NCBI GenBank assembly: GCA_964291265.2
Contig: OZ219746.1
Span: 32,001 to 96,000, forward strand
DNA: 64,000 bases
Origin: Alphaproteobacteria bacterium
GTDB lineage: Bacteria; Pseudomonadota; Alphaproteobacteria; SP197
Direction: 5' to 3'
The notes under the pieces: generated by a model
The model's database searches: none
Told to the model about the DNA's origin: nothing
Seen by the model: the letters and a program-made list of their open reading frames with translations, nothing else
Translations under genes and position numbers: made by a program
Part shown: piece by piece, positions 52,358-61,412 of the stretch
Layout of the letters: each line of letters starts with the position of its first letter
How positions within the stretch are numbered: the first letter of the stretch is position 1

Positions 52358-53764
52358 TCAATTCGCCTGTCCGCTGTCCTTCGGAGGACCGCCGAGGATG
52401 AAGTCGCCGACCGTACCCTCGATCACCGGATCCAGGCCGGTCACCCGCGCGAAACGCGCCGAGTTCCCCGTACCGAGGCCGCACGGAGAAAGACCGAGAT
52501 CCGTCGCCACGAGATACAGGGTCTGGTAAAGTGCGCCCACATTGCGCAGAATCACGCCATAGGCGATCGATCGGTACTTCCACATGACCCTGGCGAAACG
52601 GGCGCTGAACGCCAGCACGATCTGAGGGTTGGCGAGGTGTCCCGTCGCCACTCTGGCATCCTCCACGATCGCCTCCACCTCGGTCGTGCGCCCGGCGATC
52701 GCGACCAGTTCATGGGTCGCTGCGTCGTAGTGGTACAGGCCGGACTCCAGGCCGTCACAGCGATCGACCACCGGATAGATCTCGAGTTCGTAGCTGGCGC
52801 CGCCTGAGGGATAAGGCCGTCTCGTGACTTCAACATCGTAGGACGGCCCCGCGGGATCGCCGACCGGGACCGCAAAGCGTTCGAGAATCCGCGCGGCGCG
52901 GTCGAGCAGCGCGCCGAGGTCCGCCAGGGAGATCGGACGGGCTTCGTCATAGACCCTCTCCGATCGGCGCCGTTCGAGAATCCGGACGAGCGACTCTCCT
53001 CCGGCGTCCTCCGGCGCAACCGGCAACGCGGTCCGCCGGCCAGGCCAGGGGGGACGGACGCCAGGCGGCGGATCGACCTGGCCGACGAACGGGAAGATTC
53101 CGCCGATCGGATCACCATGCCAGCCCGGCCGATGATGCCAATGATACAGCAGGTCATGAAACTCCCACTGCATCAAGGCCTCGCTGCGCGGGTCGCCTGC
53201 CGCACCCCCGGTCTCCAGAAAGCCCTCGGCGGCCAGGGCCCGTCGGATGACAGGGACCTCGAGGCGGCTCGGATCGGAGAGGCGGAAGCGTGTGCCGGCC
53301 AGCGGAGATTCCAGTATCCAGTCCCGCCCGGAACGGCGCAGGCAGGCAAAGCGGTCGAGGTTGGCCTCCGGCGGCGGCATGTCCTCCGCCAGGCGGGGGG
53401 CATGGCCGTCCCACTGCGGCTGCATCACTGCCTGTTCGCCCGTCTCGTCGATCACGAGCAGTTCCATCCCCCGGAACCGATAGAGGGTCTGCAGGGCGAC
53501 AAGATAGGAGGCTGCGCACGACGGCCCGCCGGCCTCGATGACCGCGTCGCGGAGTTCGCTCAGCGGGGCGCCGGCGCGAAGCATCGTGTTGGCCGTCCCA
53601 TAGGCCCGCGCGTAGGGCGCGAAAGGCGGTCCGATCCCCAGCACCGAGTCCTCGACGACAAGGGACCTGCCGTCCGCAGACGCTGCCAGCTTTCGCCCGG
53701 CGGGCAGGCGGGCGAGGATCGCGGGCTCCCCGAGCAGATCGAAAAATCCCATCCGTCCCTCCAA
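52358..53764 (-). CDS. SagB/ThcOx-type FMN azoline dehydrogenase
   Basis: WEFHDLLYH, RRRSER, RPYPSGGA.YELE, WKY catalytic motif. Confidence 0.93.
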   Translation of the reverse strand: MEGRMGFFDLLGEPAILARLPAGRKLAASADGRSLVVEDSVLGIGPPFAPYARAYGTANTMLRAGAPLSELRDAVIEAGGPSCAASYLVALQTLYRFRGMELLVIDETGEQAVMQPQWDGHAPRLAEDMPPPEANLDRFACLRRSGRDWILESPLAGTRFRLSDPSRLEVPVIRRALAAEGFLETGGAAGDPRSEALMQWEFHDLLYHWHHRPGWHGDPIGGIFPFVGQVDPPPGVRPPWPGRRTALPVAPEDAGGESLVRILERRRSERVYDEARPISLADLGALLDRAARILERFAVPVGDPAGPSYDVEVTRRPYPSGGASYELEIYPVVDRCDGLESGLYHYDAATHELVAIAGRTTEVEAIVEDARVATGHLANPQIVLAFSARFARVMWKYRSIAYGVILRNVGALYQTLYLVATDLGLSPCGLGTGNSARFARVTGLDPVIEGTVGDFILGGPPKDSGQAN

Positions 53765-56080
53765 TCAGACGAACACTGCGACGGGGTTCAGATCGGCTTC
53801 CGCGGTCGGCTCGGCAAGCCATCCCATCTTGATCGGCACGTCATAGAGACGCCCCGGAGCGAACCGCGCCCAGAAATGCCTCATGCCCGGCACGATGGTG
53901 CGGGCGACCGGCATGCCGATATCCGGCCGGGTCTGGTCGAGGACCAGGAATTCCATGCCGAGGTCCTCGACCAGTGACCGACAATGCTCGACATCCTCGC
54001 GCGTATCGGTGGTCCGGGGAGCGCGATAGTGCTCCACGCTTCGCTCGGGCAGGGCGGAGTCCGGCACCAGGTAGGGATGCTCTCTCACGCGGGCATTCTT
54101 CCACCACCACAGGCTCTCGGGGTCGTCGAAGAGATAGCCGGTGCCGTCGGCCTTCACGTCCCGGACTGCGGTCAACTGCTGGTTCAGTTCGCACACGGCC
54201 CTCATGCCCGCGATACCGGGGTCCAGGTGGGCGCCGGCGGCAAACACGATATCCTCCTGGTCCTTGTCCGTTCGACGCGATACCGCAGCGAACACCGGAA
54301 TGCCGATATCGTGGGTCACGTCGATCATCCAGAGATCGCGGTTGCAGGCGGCGTAGTAGTCGCGCGCTTCCGCAAGGTAGGCGTCGCCGAAACTGTCGAG
54401 CGCCACCGCGGGACGCCGGAGTCGGTTGTACCACCAGCAAGCGAAGGCATCACGCTCCACCAGTTCCAGGAATCCCTGCAGGATGGCCTCCTCCAGGGTG
54501 TTGCCGGCCGCACAGCCGTTGGTGTCCGGGCCGAAGAACGGCTCGTCATGTTCCTGCGGCATGGAGAAATAGAGCATCCCGGTGGGCAGGTAGCGATGGC
54601 ATTCCTGCGTTAACGACCAGACCGGGGACCAGCTCATCTCAACGGTCGTGTCGAAACGTGCCGGAACATAGGCGAACTTCCGTTGCAGGGCATTGAGTTC
54701 CGCGGCGTTGTCGTATTGCCGGTCGCTGTAGTGCAGAACCGTTTCCGGGTGGATGGCTTCGCCATTGCGAAAATCCACGAAGCGGGTCCGGCGGCGGATT
54801 TCGTCGCCGCGGTAAGCGCCGGAATGCCGCTCGATGGCTTCGCACAGCGCGCTCGCTTCGGCCTGTTCTCGCGTGCTTCCCTTGCCGGAGTTAAGGGAGC
54901 GGATGCTGGTGCGCAACGCCAGCAGGCTGCGCGCCTGCATCGCGAGGTTGGCGCCGGCCACATTGACATGCAGCCAGGAATCCCGCTCGTCGGTGATGCG
55001 CAGCAACCGATTCACCGCCCCGGTGACCGGACTGACGAGGTGACGGTAGCGGCGCAGGGTGTCCTGCGGCGGCACGGAGCGAAAACCGCCGCTGGTGCGT
55101 ACCGGTTTCGGGCTGGGGGCGAGACGCAGCGGCGAAGCCGGCCGGTCCACGCGGTACAGCGCCGGGTCGCCGCAGGACCGGCACTGCGGCCGCCGCGTGA
55201 CCGGATGGATGGTGGTCCTCATGCCGAGTGCTTCCAGTGCCATGGTATGGCGGTGGAGCGTGGCGCTGTCCCCGAAGACGACCCATTTGGCAAGTTCCAG
55301 GGCCGCCAGCCCGATCACGACGTCGGACAGACTGTCCGGCGTATTCGCGGGGAACGCGAACCCGGCCGGGAGGCCGCGCAGATAGCTTGCGATCTCGACA
55401 TTGCTGCCGATCCGGCTCGCCAGACAGGTCCAGCACGGCGCGTCCTGCTCAGCAGGGCGGAACACCGGGCCAAAGAGGCAAAAGACGCCCACGGGCTTGA
55501 CCAGAGCCCAGGGGATGCCTGACTCGAGATGCCGGCGGTTGGTCCGCGCATGAGCATCGTCCAGGTAATCGTCCGTGACGACGACCGACAGCGTCGGCCT
55601 GTCCGGCCCAACGGTCAGCCCGAGGTCTGCGAGCGCCGCGCCGAGCCGCCCGTCGTCTCCGAAGAGGGCAATCCGGGCGGCGCCGAGACGCCGTTCGGCC
55701 CATCTCGGCGTGGCCCCCTGCGAACACCAGAACGCGGCGGACACCCTGTCCATGGCGAAGTCGGCCGAGACGACGCAACCCTTGGCTGCAAGCGAAACCA
55801 TGGCGGTCTGAACGCGCAGCGCCGAATGCCGCTCCGACAGTTCGGCGACGATCTCGCGGCGGGTATGCCCGCTCTCGAGCAGAGGCGCGAGGTCGCGATA
55901 CAACTCTCCGGCCAAGAGGATGCTCGCGGTCTCGGACGCCAGGATAAGGGCCCCGTCCTCCGAAACGCGGGAAGCAAGATGGGGTGCGAGCAACGGCCTT
56001 TCGATGATGCCACGGTCGCATTCGGTGAACCGTTGCGGCGGCGCGAATATCGGTTTCCACCCCGTTCGGTCGACAGACAC
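53765..56080 (-). CDS. Fused leader-binding/E1-like-YcaO cyclodehydratase 1
   Basis: GPVF..CWTCL, CRSC, NSGKG, EAIER, TNGCAAGNTLEEAILQGFLELVERDA, C-terminus LNPVAVFV. Confidence 0.93.
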   Translation of the reverse strand: MSVDRTGWKPIFAPPQRFTECDRGIIERPLLAPHLASRVSEDGALILASETASILLAGELYRDLAPLLESGHTRREIVAELSERHSALRVQTAMVSLAAKGCVVSADFAMDRVSAAFWCSQGATPRWAERRLGAARIALFGDDGRLGAALADLGLTVGPDRPTLSVVVTDDYLDDAHARTNRRHLESGIPWALVKPVGVFCLFGPVFRPAEQDAPCWTCLASRIGSNVEIASYLRGLPAGFAFPANTPDSLSDVVIGLAALELAKWVVFGDSATLHRHTMALEALGMRTTIHPVTRRPQCRSCGDPALYRVDRPASPLRLAPSPKPVRTSGGFRSVPPQDTLRRYRHLVSPVTGAVNRLLRITDERDSWLHVNVAGANLAMQARSLLALRTSIRSLNSGKGSTREQAEASALCEAIERHSGAYRGDEIRRRTRFVDFRNGEAIHPETVLHYSDRQYDNAAELNALQRKFAYVPARFDTTVEMSWSPVWSLTQECHRYLPTGMLYFSMPQEHDEPFFGPDTNGCAAGNTLEEAILQGFLELVERDAFACWWYNRLRRPAVALDSFGDAYLAEARDYYAACNRDLWMIDVTHDIGIPVFAAVSRRTDKDQEDIVFAAGAHLDPGIAGMRAVCELNQQLTAVRDVKADGTGYLFDDPESLWWWKNARVREHPYLVPDSALPERSVEHYRAPRTTDTREDVEHCRSLVEDLGMEFLVLDQTRPDIGMPVARTIVPGMRHFWARFAPGRLYDVPIKMGWLAEPTAEADLNPVAVFV

Positions 56081-56099
56081 TACGACAGCACACCCGGTG

Positions 56100-56145
56100 G
56101 CCGGGCCGGCGCAGGAGGGTGGAAAAAGCGAAAGGGCGGCCCGGC
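56100..56145 (-). terminator. Stem-loop between the small peptide genes and the modification enzymes
   Basis: GCCGGGCCG (56100-56108) / CGGCCCGGC (56137-56145) 9-bp stem; no U tail. Confidence 0.4.
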
Positions 56146-56153
56146 TTCCCTAC

Positions 56154-56441
56154 TCATTCATCCTTGCGCGCCACGACATCCCGGTAGGTCGAAGGCGCCG
56201 GCAAGAGGATATGGACGCGGTCATGGGTGTTGAAGACCAGCTTGACCTTGGCCCCTTCCGGGAAATCGAAACCCTCGGACCTGAGGACGGCGGTCGGGTC
56301 GGCGTCCATCTTCGCCTTGAAGTCGGGGTCGCCGTAGTACTTCGCCACCACGTCTGCATAGAGTTGCTGACGTTCCTTCAGGTCCCCCGACGAAAGAAGG
56401 TCGGTGACCAGGGCGTCGATCGGCTTCAGTGGTTTTTCCAC
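56154..56441 (-). CDS. Nitrile-hydratase-leader-like protein lacking a GG site and core
   Basis: VVAKYYGDPDFKAKMDADPTAVL...KVKLVFNTHDRVHILLP; GGAGGAG RBS before the GTG. Confidence 0.75.
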   Translation of the reverse strand: MEKPLKPIDALVTDLLSSGDLKERQQLYADVVAKYYGDPDFKAKMDADPTAVLRSEGFDFPEGAKVKLVFNTHDRVHILLPAPSTYRDVVARKDE

Positions 56442-56487
56442 ATCTCTCTCCTCCGCTGCACGATGACCATAGAGCAACCGCGACCTT

Positions 56488-56907
56488 CTAGCTGGCGCTG
56501 CCCGCGGTGCCCGCCGTGCCCGCCGTGGAAAACGAACTGAAGAAGGTACTGGTCTGGAAGGTACTCGCCGAGCTGACGCTGCCCGCGCTGCCAGCCGTGG
56601 CGCCACCCGACACCGCGCTCAGGCTCTCGTCAGCCAGGTCCATGTTCGGGTCGGGCGGCAAGATGAAATGCACGACCTCATCGGTGTTCGCGACCACGTC
56701 GACCTGCATGCCGACGACGGGAACGTCGAAACCGAAGGCCTTGTACACCTCGGTGCCGCTGGCTTCATCGATCGAGGAGCGGAACTCCTCGTCGCTCCGG
56801 TACCGGTCGGCGGTCTCGAGGAATCGCTCGTAGCTCTTCGTATATGTCCCCATGGCCATCGGCGACATGTCGATGTTGTCGAGAAAGTCATTGCTTGGGA
56901 CGTTCAT
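56488..56907 (-). CDS. NHLP-leader RiPP precursor B (core ATAGSAGSVSSASTFQTSTFFSSFSTAGTAGTAGSAS)
   Basis: DEEFR...VVANTDEVVHFILPPDP..DLADESLSAVSGG double-Gly site; AAGGAG RBS. Confidence 0.92.
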   Translation of the reverse strand: MNVPSNDFLDNIDMSPMAMGTYTKSYERFLETADRYRSDEEFRSSIDEASGTEVYKAFGFDVPVVGMQVDVVANTDEVVHFILPPDPNMDLADESLSAVSGGATAGSAGSVSSASTFQTSTFFSSFSTAGTAGTAGSAS

Positions 56908-56982
56908 GGTTGTGTCTCCTTGGCAAATCTTGTCTGAGGGGATCGTTGTCGGCAGGCCGGTGCGTTGCGCAAGGCCTCAGCC

Positions 56983-57372
56983 TCAACCAGCCGAACCCGC
57001 CGATCCGGCGGTGGATGCACTGCCGAGGCTGGAAAAGGACGTGAAGCAGAGGAAGGTGCTCGCCGATCCGACAGTGCCGGCCGTGCTGGCCGTGCTGCCG
57101 CCGGAAATCTGGCTCAACTGCTCATCCGCCAGATCGCTGTTGGGATCGGGCGGCATGACGAAGTGCGTCACCTCGTCGGAATCCATGAGAAACCGATAAT
57201 CCACTCCCTCCAGGCGTGTCATCCCGAACTCGTCGAAGACATCGTCGTTGTCGCCGCGGTCAATCCGGTCACGGAAAGCCGCATCGGTGTGGTAGCGGTC
57301 GGAAATGGCGACGACGAGATCACGGCGATCATCGTTCATTTCCACTTCCTGCATGAACTGCTGGCTGTTCAT
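56983..57372 (-). CDS. NHLP-leader RiPP precursor A (core STASTAGTVGSASTFLCFTSFSSLGSASTAGSAGSAG)
   Basis: DAAFR...DSDEVTHFVMPPDP..DLADEQLSQISGG double-Gly site. Confidence 0.92.
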   Translation of the reverse strand: MNSQQFMQEVEMNDDRRDLVVAISDRYHTDAAFRDRIDRGDNDDVFDEFGMTRLEGVDYRFLMDSDEVTHFVMPPDPNSDLADEQLSQISGGSTASTAGTVGSASTFLCFTSFSSLGSASTAGSAGSAG

Positions 57373-57638
57373 CAGCTTGCTCCGTGAAGGTTGCAGGACG
57401 GCAGATTATCCCCTGTTGTATGCTTGTGCAAGGGACGTTCGGACACATTCGACGATGTCGTGGCGGATCACGGTGACAGGGGTTCGACCGTGGCGGCGGC
57501 CCGGGGCATGGCTCGGTGTCTTCGTCGTTCCGCAGATACGGCCCGATCCTTCTGTCCGCCGGGACATTGACATTACACTGCGCCACGCTGGATGGCTGAC
57601 CCCGATTGGCCCTTTCACAGGAAGGCTCAAGCAGGCTT

Positions 57639-60149
57639 ATGGACCTCGACATTCTCATCGCCCGGGCGTCGCCGCCGCCGGAGCGCGGCGGCGACGGGCC
57701 GTTCGTCATGGCCCCCACCGACCCCGACTCCCGGTCTCGCCGCGAAGGAAGGCTTCTCGACGCCTTCGGCTCGCGGCAGGCGCTGGCCCGACATGCCGAG
57801 GGGCTGGGGTTGTCCGTGGGCGCCTATCTGGCGAGATTCGGCGATGTCCGCCTGGAGGGTCCCGCGCCGGACTGGGGTTGCGCCTTGCGGGAGATCCTCG
57901 CCCGGCTGGCTGATACCGAGTCGCCATTCTCGGCCGTCTATCCGTGGGCCCGCGGCCGCATCGAGGCGGAATGGCCCGGTGGCCTGCCGCACGGCGCCGG
58001 CGCGCTGGACGGGGCGGTGTCCCATCTCGAATGGCGTTTCCGCGCGATCCTGATGCAGACCATGCGGTATGAGGCCAGGTTGGGGGCGTCGCGCGTGACC
58101 TGGGCGGCGCGGTTCGCCCGCAGTCCGGCGCTGGCCTACGCGCTCGGCCGCACGCTGGCCGACTGGCGTGCGGACCTCGTTCGGATGCTGCGCCATGCAG
58201 CCGAAGACCGGGCCGAACTGTCCCGGCGCTTCTTCGACGGTAGAGATCCCGGGCTGCTGGTCGGTATCGAGCAGGGACTCGGCGATCCGCATGCCGGAGG
58301 GCGGTCGGTCGCAATCCTGCGCTTCGCCAACGGTTCGGTCGTTTTCAAGCCCAAGGACCTGCGAATCGCCGGCGTCATGCGGGAGATCGTCGGCCTGATC
58401 TCCAGCGTCGAGCTTTCGCCGCCCTCCACGGTGCCGCGTGCGGGCTATGCCTGGGAAAGGGAGTACGCGCCGCAGCCGGTCGCCGCCGCCGCGGATGCCG
58501 ACCGTTTCTATCGGGCGCTCGGCGGCTGGCTTGCCTTGCTCCAGGCCATGAACGCGAGCGATTTCTGGTTCGACAACCTGATCGCCGACGGCGCCACGCC
58601 GCGGTTCGTTGATTTCGAAACGGTCCTGCAGCCGGCCTCGGCATGGCCGCCCCGGATACGGCGCCTGGTCGATGAGGAAGCGATCAGCTTCAACATGCGA
58701 GTGGCCAGCGTCGGCATCCTGCCGCTTCTAATGTCGATCAGGGAGGGTCTGGAACCGACCGACCTCGGGTGCCTCTGCCAACCGGGGGAGCACCGCACGC
58801 CGATGGGTGCCGCAGAGAATGGCGGTCTGTTTGTGTGGCAGGAAGAGCGATATGCCCCGCGCTACGAGTCCGGCGACTTCGCGGACAGCGCGGCGCATTT
58901 CGACGCCCTCGAGGACGGCTATCTCCGGGTCGCCCGGGAGCTGGGGTCGGCGGCGACGCAGGAGCGAATCCTGGCGGCGCTCGAAAATGTGCCGGACGCG
59001 CAGCTTCGCGTCCTCCTGATCGACACCTGGACCTGCTATCGGATCGTTCAGGAATCCCTCCTTCCCGGCACCCTGTCAGACGGTGTTTGGCGCGAGATCG
59101 TCTTGCACAAGATGCTGCCCCGCCACGCCGAGCTGACCGGCCCTCTCCGCGAGGCGGCGGTGCGCGACATGCGCCGCCTCGACATCCCGCTGTTCCTGAC
59201 CGCGCCGGCCTCTCGGGACCTTCTGGGGGTGGAGGGTGAGGCGTGGCGGAACGTGTTCAGGAAGGATGCCATTGCCACCTTGCGCGGCGCATTCGGCACC
59301 ATGTCTGCAGCCACCGAACGGGAACGGCTGGCGTGGCTGCGTTCGTCGTTTTCCCTGCGCGCAGCCAATCCGCCTCGGCAGACCCCGGAGCGCGGCCGGC
59401 CGGCGCCGGCAAGGCCGGAGGATCTTCTGGCCTGGGCAGATCAGATCGCGAGCGACGTTCGGGATCTCGCCGTGACGAACGTGTGCGGATATCCGACCTG
59501 GGTCGGCATTGTGCACGAGGTTCACTTCGGAAGACGTTGCATGGCGCCGCTCCCCATCGACATCCTGTCGGGCCGCGCAGGAATCGCTCAGGCGTTGCTT
59601 GAGCTGAGCGACAGGCTCGGTCGTGCGGACCTGGCGGACCTCGCGTGCGAGACCCTGAGGGGGGCGGCGCGCGATTATGCCGAGGCCATGGACTTCAGCC
59701 AGGATCTGGGAGTCGGATATGCTGTCGGTGCCGGCGGACTCCTGCACATGCTGGTGTGCGAGCCCTCTCTGCGGGACGAAGCGCAGATGGTCTACCGAAG
59801 CGCTGCGGAAAAGGAAGCATGGATGCAGTCCGGGAGCGACTTCGTGTCCGGCCTCGCTGGTTGGAAGGACGCGGTTCTGACCCTCGGCGGCAGGGTTCCG
59901 GAGCGGCACGGCCGACAGCGGCCTTATGCGCCCTCGGCCCTGCCTCGACTCGCTCCCTGGCTGGACCCCGGACAGGCGAAGCCGGTCTGCGCCGACCGGC
60001 GGGCGGCAGCGCTCATGAGGCGGGATCGTGATCGACTGGGAAGCTGGTTCGCCGAGAGATGGGCCGATGATCGACACGATCTCTCGGGGGTGGATGGGAC
60101 CCCCGCGCTCGCCGTCGCCTTCGCGCGTCTGGCGGATGGCCCGGCTTAG
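57639..60149 (+). CDS. LanM-like protein (DUF4135 dehydratase/kinase domain + truncated LanC-like domain)
   Basis: GLGDPHAGGRSV, VFKPKDL, SDFWFDNL, VDFET, DIPLF, DILSGRAGIA; no WCHG/CHG Zn motifs. Confidence 0.85.
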   Translation: MDLDILIARASPPPERGGDGPFVMAPTDPDSRSRREGRLLDAFGSRQALARHAEGLGLSVGAYLARFGDVRLEGPAPDWGCALREILARLADTESPFSAVYPWARGRIEAEWPGGLPHGAGALDGAVSHLEWRFRAILMQTMRYEARLGASRVTWAARFARSPALAYALGRTLADWRADLVRMLRHAAEDRAELSRRFFDGRDPGLLVGIEQGLGDPHAGGRSVAILRFANGSVVFKPKDLRIAGVMREIVGLISSVELSPPSTVPRAGYAWEREYAPQPVAAAADADRFYRALGGWLALLQAMNASDFWFDNLIADGATPRFVDFETVLQPASAWPPRIRRLVDEEAISFNMRVASVGILPLLMSIREGLEPTDLGCLCQPGEHRTPMGAAENGGLFVWQEERYAPRYESGDFADSAAHFDALEDGYLRVARELGSAATQERILAALENVPDAQLRVLLIDTWTCYRIVQESLLPGTLSDGVWREIVLHKMLPRHAELTGPLREAAVRDMRRLDIPLFLTAPASRDLLGVEGEAWRNVFRKDAIATLRGAFGTMSAATERERLAWLRSSFSLRAANPPRQTPERGRPAPARPEDLLAWADQIASDVRDLAVTNVCGYPTWVGIVHEVHFGRRCMAPLPIDILSGRAGIAQALLELSDRLGRADLADLACETLRGAARDYAEAMDFSQDLGVGYAVGAGGLLHMLVCEPSLRDEAQMVYRSAAEKEAWMQSGSDFVSGLAGWKDAVLTLGGRVPERHGRQRPYAPSALPRLAPWLDPGQAKPVCADRRAAALMRRDRDRLGSWFAERWADDRHDLSGVDGTPALAVAFARLADGPA

Positions 60150-61412
60150 GCGATCGGGTCGGGCGCGGCCTTTCGACGGCGGCGTTCCCCTTGCCGGCCC
60201 GCCGCCGCTCGCCACGGGCCCGGCGACGATCGCATGGCAGCACCGACAGCCGCGCGCGGTTGGTTGTGCGCCGCATCGGTCGCCGCGGCATACTCGACGA
60301 TGTCGCACCGCGGGCCTGGCGCGCCGACAAACGACCGTGCGGACCGCACGCGTGACCGGCCGGCCGCGTGATCGGTTCCGCACCTGCGTCGTCGCATCGT
60401 GTTTCCCATGGTGCTGCTCGGAAGGTGGGCGACGGTTCGGCAATGGTCTCCTCACGTGCGCGGCGGGCACTGCTGCTCGAGCGTCGCTCGGGCTGGATGG
60501 CGACCATACAACTCGTGTATCGCCCGAAGGGCAGGGCGGTCAGGAAGCGCACCTGGAACGCGCTTCGGCGCGGTGGTTCTTACACCCTCACACCGATGGC
60601 GTGCTCGACACCGGGGCTGCAACTGTCGGAGGAGAGCTGCGCCGCCTTGTCGTGTCGGGAACACTTGTCACCGATCGATGGCGGCCGACACGCTGTCGAT
60701 GTGTGCGCATACGCCGCCTGCAGCATGATCGCGCAACACCGTCCGCCATGACCCGATTGGTCGCGGGCGTCGTGCCGTCTTGCATCGTGTCACCGATCAG
60801 CGTCATGAGTTCAGCGCACGATCCAGTTTCGTTTCCGCCAGGGATGCATCGCGTTCGAGCCGTGTGCATCAGCCGATGGCCACGCAGAACTACCGTGGAT
60901 CGACGTATGGCGAGCTTGCTGTCATCGACCCACGCTGCATCCGACAACAACCGCGAACCACGGGCAGATTCCGGAAACAGGAAGACGCTGAGCAGGCATG
61001 TCCACGTGCTCCCGGAACAGTGGGAGCGCATCGCAAGGGCCGCCAGGAGAAACGCCCTGAGCGGCGCCCGGCTCCCCGTCGAAACTGCCATCGCAGCCCT
61101 AGCCCGGAGGGAGCTCCCTGACGCGGACGCCCGGACAGCCGTGACGAGACCATGCACCGCAACGTCGTTCAGCGTGTTCGTCGTGATGCCCCCCGGACGG
61201 AGTCGATCGAGGTCGCGAAAGCCTGACGGGACTTCGGCTCGCAGGCGCTCCCTGTCGCGGCCATGTCCTTCGTCCCTTGCTCATGGACAGGCAGGCGGAT
61301 AGCGTGGCCGTGCGTCCGGGCGCGGCTGTTCCGGAACATCGGGAGCCACGGCAAGGAGGGTTCCGTGCGCCCTATCTGATCGCAGGTTCCGGCGCCGCGA
61401 AGGGAGAGACCG

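Noticed and set aside
57567-57600. TTGACA -35 box upstream of the LanM-like gene
   Set aside because: No convincing -10 at 16-18 bp spacing
50056-60149. Thiopeptide or classical lanthipeptide assignment
   Set aside because: No LanB or pyridine synthase, the cores nearly lack Cys, and the cyclase Zn ligands are missing
60940-61160. RHH-like fragment (HVHVLPEQWERIARAA)
   Set aside because: No clear start or RBS; probably a decayed gene, too weak to call
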